Assembly: GCA_963820025.1 (NCBI GenBank)
Contig: CAWFYL010000003.1
Location: forward strand, 451,647-515,646
Length of the DNA stretch: 64,000 nt
Reading direction: 5' to 3'
From: an uncultured Acidimicrobiia bacterium
Lineage (GTDB): Bacteria > Actinomycetota > Acidimicrobiia > IMCC26256 > JAENVU01
A program made the position numbers and the translations under genes. Below are positions 9,994 to 18,291 of this stretch, one piece after another (the stretch's first letter is position 1; every line of letters begins with the position of its first letter). The notes below the pieces were generated by a model. The model saw nothing but the letters and a program-made list of their open reading frames with translations, did no database searches and was not told the origin of the DNA.

Positions 9994-11378
9994 CTCTTCG
10001 GGAGGACGGTGAGCTGGCTGTCCATCATGTCGGCCATCACCGCGCGGATGAACTCGTCGGCCTCCTCGGTGAGCCCGCCGACGACGCCCCCGTAGATCGC
10101 GCCCGACTTGGGCGCCTCGTTCGCGTGCTGCTTGGCGTACGCCACCGCGTCGGCGAGATCGGTGGCGAACGTCTCGGCCACGCCGGGCTGCGTCTGCGGT
10201 CGGGTCACGGCCATGTGGATCGCGTTCGGGTACTGCTGGCCGTTGAAGCGCCAACCGCGTGTCCGCATGAAGTCGTTGACGTGGTAGATGTCGAACTCGT
10301 CCGACGTGAAGCTGAACACGAACGTCGGGCTGCCCATGATGCGCAGCTCCGGGTGGGACAGCACCGCGGTCTTCATCACGTCCGCGGTCTCGAAGATCGC
10401 CTTGGCGTAGCCCCGGTAGCCGTCACGACCGAGCGTCACGAGCGCGGCCCACGTCGCGGCGAGCAGCCCGCCCGAGCGGGAGCCCTCGATGCCGGGCGAG
10501 CAGTACTTGCCGCCGCTCCAACCGGTCAGGAAGAAGTACTGGCCGTTGCGCAGCGCCTTGTCGCGGAACGCGAGCACCGAGGTGCCCTTGAAGGCGTAGC
10601 CGTACTTGTGCGTGTCGGCCGAGATGCTCGTGACGCCGGGAACGCGGAAGTCGAACGTCGGGATGTCGTAGCCGAGCTCCTGACCGAACGGGAGGATCCA
10701 GCCGCCGAGGCAGCCGTCGACGTGGAGGCCGATCCCGTGCTCGAGCGCCACGTCCGAGAGCGCGGCGATCGGGTCGATCGTGCCGTAGCCGTAGTTGCAC
10801 GCCGAACCGACGAGGGCGACCGTGTCGTCGTCGACGTGGTCGGCGACCCATCCCACGTCGACCTGCAACGTGTCCGGGTCCACCGGCGCGTTGCGGACCT
10901 CGATGCCGAAGAGATGGCAGCCCTTGTCGAACGCCGGATGCGCGGTCTCGGGCTTGATCACGTTGGGCCGGGTCACGCCCTTCGCCGCGCCCTGCTCGCG
11001 GTAGGCGATCATCGCGTGCAGGATGCTGCCCGTCCCGCCGGTGGTGACGAGACCGACGGGCTCCGAGCCGGTCACCGCCTCGGCGTGGAGCAGGTCGAGG
11101 GTCATCGCGATGATCTCGCCCTCGAACTTCGTCTGGCTCGGGCACATGTCACGCTGCAGCGCGTTCACGTGGGCGAAGAGCCCGAACGCCTCGGTCATGA
11201 ACGCGTAGTGCTCGTGGTCGCCGCAGTACATCGTCCCGGAGCACTTGCCGCTCTCCCAGGCCCTGTCCTCCTCGTGGGCCATGGTGGCGAGCTCGGCCAG
11301 GATCTCGGCCCGCGGGCGTCCCTGCTCGGGGAGGGTCCGGTTCACCGGGAAGCGGTCTTCGTACGGGTTCTCGGCCAC
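9990..11378 (-). CDS. PLP-dependent enzyme, sphingosine-1-phosphate lyase-like
   Basis: CSGTMY, TTGGTGSI, AHPAFDK, HVDGCLGG, SADTHKYGYAFKG (PLP lysine) and GSRSGG. Confidence 0.8.
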   Translation of the reverse strand: MAENPYEDRFPVNRTLPEQGRPRAEILAELATMAHEEDRAWESGKCSGTMYCGDHEHYAFMTEAFGLFAHVNALQRDMCPSQTKFEGEIIAMTLDLLHAEAVTGSEPVGLVTTGGTGSILHAMIAYREQGAAKGVTRPNVIKPETAHPAFDKGCHLFGIEVRNAPVDPDTLQVDVGWVADHVDDDTVALVGSACNYGYGTIDPIAALSDVALEHGIGLHVDGCLGGWILPFGQELGYDIPTFDFRVPGVTSISADTHKYGYAFKGTSVLAFRDKALRNGQYFFLTGWSGGKYCSPGIEGSRSGGLLAATWAALVTLGRDGYRGYAKAIFETADVMKTAVLSHPELRIMGSPTFVFSFTSDEFDIYHVNDFMRTRGWRFNGQQYPNAIHMAVTRPQTQPGVAETFATDLADAVAYAKQHANEAPKSGAIYGGVVGGLTEEADEFIRAVMADMMDSQLTVLPKS

Positions 11379-11468
11379 GGCGGGCCCCTTCTCGAAGCGT
11401 GCGGAGATGCCTCCGATCATGCCACCCACCACACCCGCCCGACCCGGCCGGCTGCCAGGGTCGACAAG

Positions 11469-11620
11469 CTGAGCGGCTGCAACCGTGCTCGTCGCACGGC
11501 AGGTTCGTGCCGATGCTTCCCGCCCGTCGCAGAACCCCGTCAGGGCCGCTCAGGAGGAAGACGGCAGGTTCGTGCCGATGCTTCCCGCCACCCCGCAGAA
11601 CCCCGTCAGGGCCGCTCAGG
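11469..11620. repeat. ~85-bp element with 9-bp terminal inverted repeats plus a tandem partial second copy (65-bp period)
   Basis: CTGAGCGGC at 11469 and GCCGCTCAG at 11545-11553; 11496-11554 is repeated at 11561-11620; related copy at 34710-34794. Confidence 0.75.
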
Positions 11621-12314
11621 AACAGGACAGGAGGGCGAAGTCCATCTCGCGGCGGACGGTGAACCCGAGCGCCTCGTAGAGCCGGATCGCGGGGGTGTTC
11701 GAGCTGACCGCGTGGAGGCACGCCACCTCGCCCCGGCCGAGGATCCCGTCGACCAGCTGCCCGACGAGGACCTTGGCGAGCCCGCGCCCCCGGTGGTCCG
11801 CATCGGTGCAGACCGCGCTGATCTCGGTGAAGCCCGGGAGCCGCATCCGGGTGCCCGCCAGCGCGACGAGCGCATCGCCGTCCCGGATCCCGAGGTACGG
11901 GCCGAGCTCGATCGTCCGCGCGAGCAGCGGGCCGGGCTGGGCGCGCTCGACCAGGCCCATCATCGCGGGGACGTCGGCCGGTCCGAGGCGTTCGACCTCG
12001 CACCCGTCGCGGGCGGGCACGTCGACGGCCGGGTGGTCGCACACCATCTGCGTGCCGGGGGCGCGGAACCGTTCGGTCCAGCCCGGTGGCACCCCGACGA
12101 CGTCGCGCACGACGACCGCGCTCCCGCCCGCACCCACGAGCGCGCCGAGCGCGTCCCAGCTCGCCCGCGCCGGCTCGTCGGCGACCGCCGCGAAGACCGA
12201 CACTTCGGGGTCGTAGCGGAGGGCGAGCGCGTCTCCTTCCGCGACCGTGGCCTGCGGGCCCGTGAGGGCGTGCCACACCGGGTTGTCGAGCACGTGCACG
12301 CCGCATCCTGGCAC
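11616..12314 (-). CDS. GNAT acetyltransferase (FR47-like C-terminal domain); true start may be 12299
   Basis: LDNPVWHAL, EISAVCTDADHRGRGLA and NTPAIRLYEALGF. Confidence 0.85.
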   Translation of the reverse strand: MPGCGVHVLDNPVWHALTGPQATVAEGDALALRYDPEVSVFAAVADEPARASWDALGALVGAGGSAVVVRDVVGVPPGWTERFRAPGTQMVCDHPAVDVPARDGCEVERLGPADVPAMMGLVERAQPGPLLARTIELGPYLGIRDGDALVALAGTRMRLPGFTEISAVCTDADHRGRGLAKVLVGQLVDGILGRGEVACLHAVSSNTPAIRLYEALGFTVRREMDFALLSCS

Positions 12315-12336
12315 CCGGGATCCGAACCGGACGAGC

Positions 12337-12575
12337 CACGTCCAGTACTGCCCGGGGTTCGTCCGCCAGCAGCAGAACCACTACCTCTCGATCCCGCCCG
12401 ACGTCGCGGCGACGTTCTCGGACCGGCTGCTGGAGCTGCTCGGCAACCTTCTCTACAAGGGCGTGATGGGCCACGTCGACGGTCGCAGCCGGGCGAGGTC
12501 GTGTTCGGCGACCGGTTCGCCGAGACCGCGTGCCGCGACGCCGAGGCCCGCAAGGCCGGCACCGCCGACGGCTGA
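12337..12575 (+). pseudogene. 3' remnant of a phytanoyl-CoA dioxygenase (PhyH)-family gene
   Basis: VQYCPGFVRQQQNHYLSIPPDVA..RLLELLG..YKGVMGHVD resembles the PhyH C-terminus; no room for a 5' part; 1-nt shift near 12490. Confidence 0.55.
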
Positions 12576-12621
12576 GTCGCGCCCCGGGCCCAACTCACCC
12601 TCCGTTTGTGCAGAAATGCGC

Positions 12622-13857
12622 GGCGGGTTCAACCGGTCGTCGCAACGAGTTGGGCGAGTCGTTCGGCTGGGGTTTGCCAGTCCAGAGTTTGGCGTGGCCG
12701 GCCGTTGAGTTGCACGGCGACGGCGTCGAGGTGGTCCTGGGTGACGTTCCGCAGGCTGGTGCCTTTCGGGAAGTATTGGCGGAGCAGACCGTTGGTGTTC
12801 TCGTTCGAGCCGCGTTGCCATGGGCTGTGGGGGTCGCAGAAGTAGACGTCGATGCCCGTCGCGATGGTGAAGAGCTGGTGCTGGGCCAGCTCGCGGCCCT
12901 GGTCCCAAGTCAGTGACCGCCATAGGTGCTCAGGCAGGGTCGCGACTCGTTCGAGCAGCGCCTGGCGAACGGTCTCGGCCCGCTGGTCGGCGATCCGGGC
13001 GAGCATCACGTACCGCGTCGCACGTTCGACCAGGGTGGCGATCGCGCTCTTGTTGTTCTTGCCGATGATGAGGTCGCCTTCCCAGTGGCCGGGAACGGCT
13101 CGGTCGTCGACCTCGGCGGGCCGCTCGGAGATCATCACCATGTTCGGAATGGATCCCCGCCGTTCCACTCGTCCCTGCGGGCGGCGTCGGGCTCGACCCG
13201 TGCGCAGACACCGCGCGAGTTCGCGGCGGAGCTCACCGCGCCCCTGGATGTAGATCGATTTGTAGATCGTCTCGTGCGACACCCACATCTCCGGCCGGTC
13301 CGCGAACTCGGCCCGCAGCCTCCTCTGGATCTGTTTCGGTGACCACCACCGTTCCAGATCGGCCACGACCCGCCCGCAGAGCTCACCGTTGACCGCCAGC
13401 TTCGTCGGCTTCGGCCGGCGAGCACAGCACGCCGCACGCCGATGGGCCGCGACCGGTCGATAGCCGTCTCGGCCACCATTGGCGCGCACTTCCCGACACA
13501 CCGTCGATGATGCCCGGCCCAGCCCCCGAGCGATCGCAGTCAGTGACCTGCCCACCTCGAGACCAACGCGAATCTCGAGCCGTTCCTCCAACGAGAGCCG
13601 CTTCGGTGACGGCTCCCACACCACGTCGCTGCGGGTGACACCACCCCAATCCCGCAGCGCGATCGTGATCGCACCCATCGACGTGTCGACCTGCTCCAAG
13701 ATCTCCCGATACGTCGCGCCCTTCGCCGCCAACCGGATGATCCGCCGCCTCAGATCACGGTCCAACCTGCGCCACGGTCCCTTCGCCACCACAACCTCCT
13801 CGTCGAGCCAAGCCTCACGACTCGACCCTCCCGTTGCAGTGATCCCTTGAACCCGCC
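12622..13857 (-). mobile_element. IS30-family insertion sequence, apparently complete
   Basis: Inverted ends GGCGGGTTCAA..GCAAC and GTTGC..TTGAACCCGCC; CGC flanks both sides (3-bp duplication). Confidence 0.9.
12629..13792 (-). CDS. tnp: IS30-family DDE transposase
   Basis: GHWEGDLIIG, LTWDQGRE and HSPWQRGSNENTNGLLRQYFPKG; N-terminal HTHs. Confidence 0.95.
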   Translation of the reverse strand: MVAKGPWRRLDRDLRRRIIRLAAKGATYREILEQVDTSMGAITIALRDWGGVTRSDVVWEPSPKRLSLEERLEIRVGLEVGRSLTAIARGLGRASSTVCREVRANGGRDGYRPVAAHRRAACCARRPKPTKLAVNGELCGRVVADLERWWSPKQIQRRLRAEFADRPEMWVSHETIYKSIYIQGRGELRRELARCLRTGRARRRPQGRVERRGSIPNMVMISERPAEVDDRAVPGHWEGDLIIGKNNKSAIATLVERATRYVMLARIADQRAETVRQALLERVATLPEHLWRSLTWDQGRELAQHQLFTIATGIDVYFCDPHSPWQRGSNENTNGLLRQYFPKGTSLRNVTQDHLDAVAVQLNGRPRQTLDWQTPAERLAQLVATTG

Positions 13858-13959
13858 CGCGTCAGCCGTCGGTTCCCGCACAAACGGGGGCGGTTATTCG
13901 GTGGCGCCGCGGACCCGAGTCCGGTGAGCATGGCGGGGTGACCATGGTGATGATGCTCC

Positions 13960-14511
13960 GTGGCCGCCTCCTCGGGGGCCGCCGGCAACCGGTACTGGGG
14001 ATGGCACCAGCTCGCTGAGCCCGCGGCCCGGCGCCTGGTCGAGTCGGCCGGCATCCGTACGCGGGACCTCGTCGTCGACATCGGTGCGGGCACGGGCGCG
14101 CTGACCGCGCCGCTCGTCGCCGCGGGCGCACGGGTCATCGCGGTCGAGTTGCACCCGGCCCGGGCCGCGGCGCTGCGGCGGCGGTTCACCGGCTTCCCGG
14201 TCACCGTGGTCCAGGTCGACGCGACGGACCTCCGCCTCCCGCGCCGGCCTTTCCGGGTCGTCGCCAACCCGCCGTTCGGGGCCACGACCGCGGTGATCCG
14301 CCGGCTCCTGAGCCCGGGGAGCCGCCTGGTCTCGGCCGACCTGGTCGTGCCCCGTCACGTGGCCCGGCGCTGGAACGACGGGCGGGCGCCCGGCTTCCAC
14401 CGGTGGGCGGCCACGTTCCGGGTGGCGACCGTCGCCCGGCTCCCGCGCGCCGCGTTCGGTCCGCGGCCCCCGGCCGACGCCGTGGTGCTGCGCATCGAGC
14501 GCCGGGCGTAG
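13960..14511 (+). CDS. erm: Short Erm/KsgA-family rRNA adenine methyltransferase, Erm(37)-like
   Basis: WGWHQL, DIGAGTGALT, AVELHP and VVANPPF; 183 aa with no C-terminal helical domain. Confidence 0.75.
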   Translation: MAASSGAAGNRYWGWHQLAEPAARRLVESAGIRTRDLVVDIGAGTGALTAPLVAAGARVIAVELHPARAAALRRRFTGFPVTVVQVDATDLRLPRRPFRVVANPPFGATTAVIRRLLSPGSRLVSADLVVPRHVARRWNDGRAPGFHRWAATFRVATVARLPRAAFGPRPPADAVVLRIERRA

Positions 14512-14538
14512 CGTCTCGGCAACCGAGGAGGTCGACGG

Positions 14539-15006
14539 ATGCGCAACGCCTTCGTGTTCGAGGGGATCGCGGTGCTGGTCGGGCCCTGGCACGAGCGGAT
14601 GACCCCACCGGAGCGGGGAGCCCGGGTCGAGGTCCGGCTGCTCGACCTGGAGCCGAAGCGTGGGTCGCGGTTCGCCGCCGAACGAGTCGTCCTCGACCAG
14701 CCGGTGTTCCGGGCCGACCTCTTCGACCGGACCGACTCCCCGGCCGGGAACCTGAAGAGCGCGCACTTCCACCCGCGCTTCGACGGCATCGAACCCTGCG
14801 ACCGGCACTGGGACGAGGAAATCCAGCGGGACCCGGCCGCATGGCTCGCCGGCGAGCTGCGGGACCTCGAGGCGCTGCTCGAACGTTCCGGGGCCGACGT
14901 GGGCGACGCGCAGTGGCTGGCGAGCGACGCCGACGCGCTGCGTGCCGCGGTGCCGGAGATCGTGGACGCGGTCGAGTCGACGTGGGCGGACGTGCGGGCC
15001 GACTGA
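14539..15006 (+). CDS. Hypothetical protein
   Basis: GGAGG before ATG; GC-typical codon usage; no recognised motif. Confidence 0.65.
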   Translation: MRNAFVFEGIAVLVGPWHERMTPPERGARVEVRLLDLEPKRGSRFAAERVVLDQPVFRADLFDRTDSPAGNLKSAHFHPRFDGIEPCDRHWDEEIQRDPAAWLAGELRDLEALLERSGADVGDAQWLASDADALRAAVPEIVDAVESTWADVRAD

Positions 15007-15044
15007 ACCAAGGTGCCGGGCCGACTGAACGAAGGAGCCGGGCC
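14996..15044. repeat. 22-bp tandem duplication containing the upstream stop codon
   Basis: GGGCCGACTGAACCAAGGTGCC / GGGCCGACTGAACGAAGGAGCC / GGGCC. Confidence 0.65.
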
Positions 15045-15065
15045 GGCGACGCAGAGACGAGCGAC

Positions 15066-15593
15066 TCAGAGACGATCGGCGCGGGTGCGCGCCTCCTCCA
15101 GGATCCGCGCGGTCGTGAGGCACCGCCGGCTCGCCTCCTCACCGTCGGTGCGCGCCTGACGGACCGCGCGCTCCGCATTGCGCCGGCTCTCGCGCAGCAG
15201 CTCGAAGGTGTGCAGCGCCGCGGCCTCGTCCTCGGTGATGCGGGCGGTCTGCTCCTGGCGCTCGTGCACCTGCTGCCAGCACTGTCGGGAGTGCTCCAGC
15301 GCCGCGGCATGCTCGGCCTCGGCCCGGGCGAGCGCGGCGAACGCCTCCTGGCGGATGCGCGTCGCCGAACCGCTCGGCTCCGGCGGCCGGGCGTGGACGT
15401 GGATCGCGGCGTCGGGATCCGGACCGTCGACCCGCGGCACCTCGATCGTGCCGGCCCGGTCGACGACGGCGGCGAGGCGGGCGAAGGCCTGCACCTGGCG
15501 GCCGCCCACCGGTGGGTTGATGCGGATGGTCGGGGCCGGGCCCGATTCGGGTCCCGGGTCCTCGAGCGAGCAGCGGGTGTCGATCTCGGTCAT
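15066..15593 (-). CDS. Hypothetical protein with a C-terminal coiled coil
   Basis: GGAGG before MTEIDT; E/Q/R/A-rich heptad-like C-terminal half. Confidence 0.5.
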   Translation of the reverse strand: MTEIDTRCSLEDPGPESGPAPTIRINPPVGGRQVQAFARLAAVVDRAGTIEVPRVDGPDPDAAIHVHARPPEPSGSATRIRQEAFAALARAEAEHAAALEHSRQCWQQVHERQEQTARITEDEAAALHTFELLRESRRNAERAVRQARTDGEEASRRCLTTARILEEARTRADRL

Positions 15594-15757
15594 GGAAACC
15601 TCCGTTCGGCGTGGCGGTGCGCCCCAGCCCGCCGGGGTGGCGCACGGCACACTGCGGCCGGCGCACCCGCACCCATTAGGCCGCGCGCGCACGCGCGATG
15701 CAAGGCACCCCGATTGCCTTCCGTTCGCGGGGCCTGCGTGATATCGCGGATGGACCC

Positions 15758-16457
15758 ATGTGGCTCCTCGTCGTCCTCCTCGTCGTCTCCGTGATCGCGA
15801 CCGTCCTGGCCCGTCGCCGGGGGCGTGAGGCGCGGCGACTCGGTGGACGCGCAGCAGCGCCAGCTCGAGGCGCTGCGGATCGCCGCGAACGCGGCGCAGG
15901 CACCGACGGGGGAGCGCGCGACTGCGCCGGTCTCGGTGCGCAGCCTCCCCGCGGCCCGGGGCAGCTCGGAGCGCGCCTCCCGGATGTGGATGTTCGTCGG
16001 GGGCGGGTTGCTCGCGCTCGCGGCCGTCGCCGCGGTGCTGCTCGCGCTGGGTCAGAGCGACTCGTCGGGGGGCTCGGGGGACAAGGGCCGGGCCGCGGAC
16101 CACCCGTCGACCTCCACGTCGACCTCGACGTCGACCACCACGACGACGGTGGCCCCGGCCCTGACCGTCGGGCCGCTGGAGCACGGGACGGTGACGGTGT
16201 CGATGCCAGCCGGCGCGTACACCGTGACGGTGGCGGCCCGGGGCGCGTGCTGGATGCAGGCCCAGGGCGCGGATCAGACCGTGATCGTGACCACGACCCT
16301 GCAGTCCGGCGACTCGAAGGAGATCCCCGGCTCGGGGCCGATGACCCTGCGCCTCGGCAACCCGGGCGTGGCCGACGTCCAGGTGAACGGCGCGGCGCTC
16401 ACCCTGCCGGCGAGCGGCGGCGCGGCGATGAACGTGCAGCTCAACCCGGCGGCGTAG
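15758..16457 (+). CDS. Membrane protein with a RodZ C-terminal-like (DUF4115) domain; frameshift in G-run 15819-15823
   Basis: Hydrophobic N-terminus, second TM, Thr/Ser linker, CWMQA..LRLGNPG..V.VNG. Confidence 0.7.
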
Positions 16458-16495
16458 TCCCGTGCGCCCCGCCCCGGGCTGCGGCCGCCGGGGCG

Positions 16496-17260
16496 TCAGA
16501 CCGCGGTCCAGCCCACGTCGACGACCAGCGTCTGGCCGGTCACGTAGCTCGACGCATCGGAGGCGAGGAAGAGCAGGGCACCGTCGAGCTCGTCGGGACG
16601 CGGGACGCGCCGCAGCAGCGTCCGTTCCTCGATGACCCGCACGAAATCCGGGTCGGCGAAGTCGTTCGTCATCTCGGTGGCGAAGTAGCCCGGGGCGAGC
16701 GCGTTGACCCGCACCCCGTGACGGCCCCACTGCGCAGCCAGGTGGCGGCTGAGGTTCACCAGCGCCCCCTTCGTGGCGTTGTAGGCGGTCATCGGACCTC
16801 GTGATCCCACGATCCCGTACATCGACGAGACGTTGACCACCGAGGCCGCGTCGCTGGCGAACAGCAGCGGGGCGGTGAGCCGGCACAGGTCCATGACCGC
16901 GACGAGGTTGAGCTCGACGACGGCCCGCAGCCGGTCCAGCGACTCCCGTTCCAGCGGCTCCTCGTCGTTGGTGGCGGCGTTGTTCACGAGCACGTCCAGC
17001 CGGCCGTGCTCCTGCCCGACGAAGGTCGCCAGCTGCGCCCGGTACGAGGCGTCGGCGAGATCCCCGGCGGACCAGGTCGCACCGATCTCGCCCGCGAGGT
17101 CGCGGAGCCGGTCGGCGCGGCGGGCGGTGAGGACGACCTCGGCGCCGGCCGCCGCGAGGACGCGTGCGAACCGCTCGCCCAGCCCCGAGGACGCGCCCGT
17201 CACCAGGGCGACGCGCCCGTCGAGGCGGAACTGGTGCTCGGGCGCCGGGGGCGTGGTCAT
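16496..17260 (-). CDS. Short-chain dehydrogenase/reductase
   Basis: TGASSGLG, NNAA and YNATK. Confidence 0.9.
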   Translation of the reverse strand: MTTPPAPEHQFRLDGRVALVTGASSGLGERFARVLAAAGAEVVLTARRADRLRDLAGEIGATWSAGDLADASYRAQLATFVGQEHGRLDVLVNNAATNDEEPLERESLDRLRAVVELNLVAVMDLCRLTAPLLFASDAASVVNVSSMYGIVGSRGPMTAYNATKGALVNLSRHLAAQWGRHGVRVNALAPGYFATEMTNDFADPDFVRVIEERTLLRRVPRPDELDGALLFLASDASSYVTGQTLVVDVGWTAV

Positions 17261-17329
17261 CGGCGGAGTTTCGCGTACCGGCGGGATGCGACCCCTAGAG
17301 TCGCGCGCCCACGGCAGAGGAGAGCAGCC

Positions 17330-18226
17330 ATGGCTTCGGAGGCAGTCGCCGAGTGGGCGGCCCGTGGGCACCGGATCGCGGTCGACGGGCGCGACGTGTT
17401 CGTGCTCGACGCGCCGCCCGCCGCAGCCGAGTCCGGTGACCCGTTGATGGTCCTCCACGGGTTCCCCACCTGCTCGTTCGACTGGCGCGCGGTGATCGAG
17501 CCGGTCCGCGCCGCGGGGCGCCGGGTCGTGCTCTTCGACTTCCTCGGCTTCGGGCTGTCCGACAAGCCCGACGTCCGCTTCAGCATCCGGGGTCATGCCG
17601 ACACCGCCGAGGCCGTCGCCCGCGCCGCCGGCCTCGAGCAGGTCGTGCTCGCGACCCACGACCTCGGCGACTCGGTCGGGGGCGAGCTGCTCGCCCGGTC
17701 GCAGGAGGGCTCGCTCGACTTCGCGGTGACGAAACGGATCATCTGCAACGGCAGCATCTACATGGATCTCGTCCGGCTGACCGCGGGACAGCAGATGCTC
17801 CTGGACGCCGAGGACGCGCGCCTCGACCTCGCGGCGCTCGGCATCGAACCCTCGGTCGGCTTCAAGAGCGGGGTGGCGGGAACGTTCGCACGCCCGGACG
17901 ACGCGGACCCGGGGGAGATGGACGCGCTCTGGGAGCTCGCGTCGTACCAGGACGGTCACCAGCTCCTCACCCGCACGATCCGCTACGTCGAGGACCGCCG
18001 GGTCGACGAGTCCCGCTTCACCGGCGGGATCGAGCGGCACCCGTCGCCGCTGCACATCATCTGGGGGAAGCTCGACCCGGTGGCGCGCTACGCGATGGCG
18101 ACCCGCCTGCACGAGCGCAGGGGCGAGGCCCCGCTCGTCACCCTCGACGACGTCGGCCACTACCCGATGGTCGAGGCCCCCGACCGGTTCGCCACCGCGA
18201 TGCTCGCCGCCCTCACCAGCACCTGA
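17330..18226 (+). CDS. Alpha/beta hydrolase (MEST/epoxide hydrolase-like)
   Basis: HGFPTCSFDW, HDLGDSVG and GHYPMVE. Confidence 0.85.
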   Translation: MASEAVAEWAARGHRIAVDGRDVFVLDAPPAAAESGDPLMVLHGFPTCSFDWRAVIEPVRAAGRRVVLFDFLGFGLSDKPDVRFSIRGHADTAEAVARAAGLEQVVLATHDLGDSVGGELLARSQEGSLDFAVTKRIICNGSIYMDLVRLTAGQQMLLDAEDARLDLAALGIEPSVGFKSGVAGTFARPDDADPGEMDALWELASYQDGHQLLTRTIRYVEDRRVDESRFTGGIERHPSPLHIIWGKLDPVARYAMATRLHERRGEAPLVTLDDVGHYPMVEAPDRFATAMLAALTST

Positions 18227-18231
18227 CCCGA

Positions 18232-18286
18232 CCCGAACTTGCGTCAGATGAGCCGCGTCGGGCGGCTGTTTCGACGCAAGTTCGGG
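18232..18286. repeat. REP-like hairpin between convergent genes (may act as a terminator)
   Basis: CCCGAACTTGCGTC ... AGCCGC..GCGGCT ... GACGCAAGTTCGGG. Confidence 0.7.
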
Positions 18287-18291
18287 GAGGG

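Noticed and set aside
11496-11620. Possible mini-CRISPR
   Set aside because: Two adjacent ~60-bp copies with no unique spacer and no cas genes; explained by the dispersed element.
13847-13875. IS30 outward -35 (TTGAAC) forming a hybrid promoter for erm
   Set aside because: No -10-like hexamer 16-18 bp downstream.
15702-15720. AAGGCA-N7-TGCCTT palindrome between divergent genes
   Set aside because: 6-bp arms, single occurrence, no adjacent regulator; could be chance.
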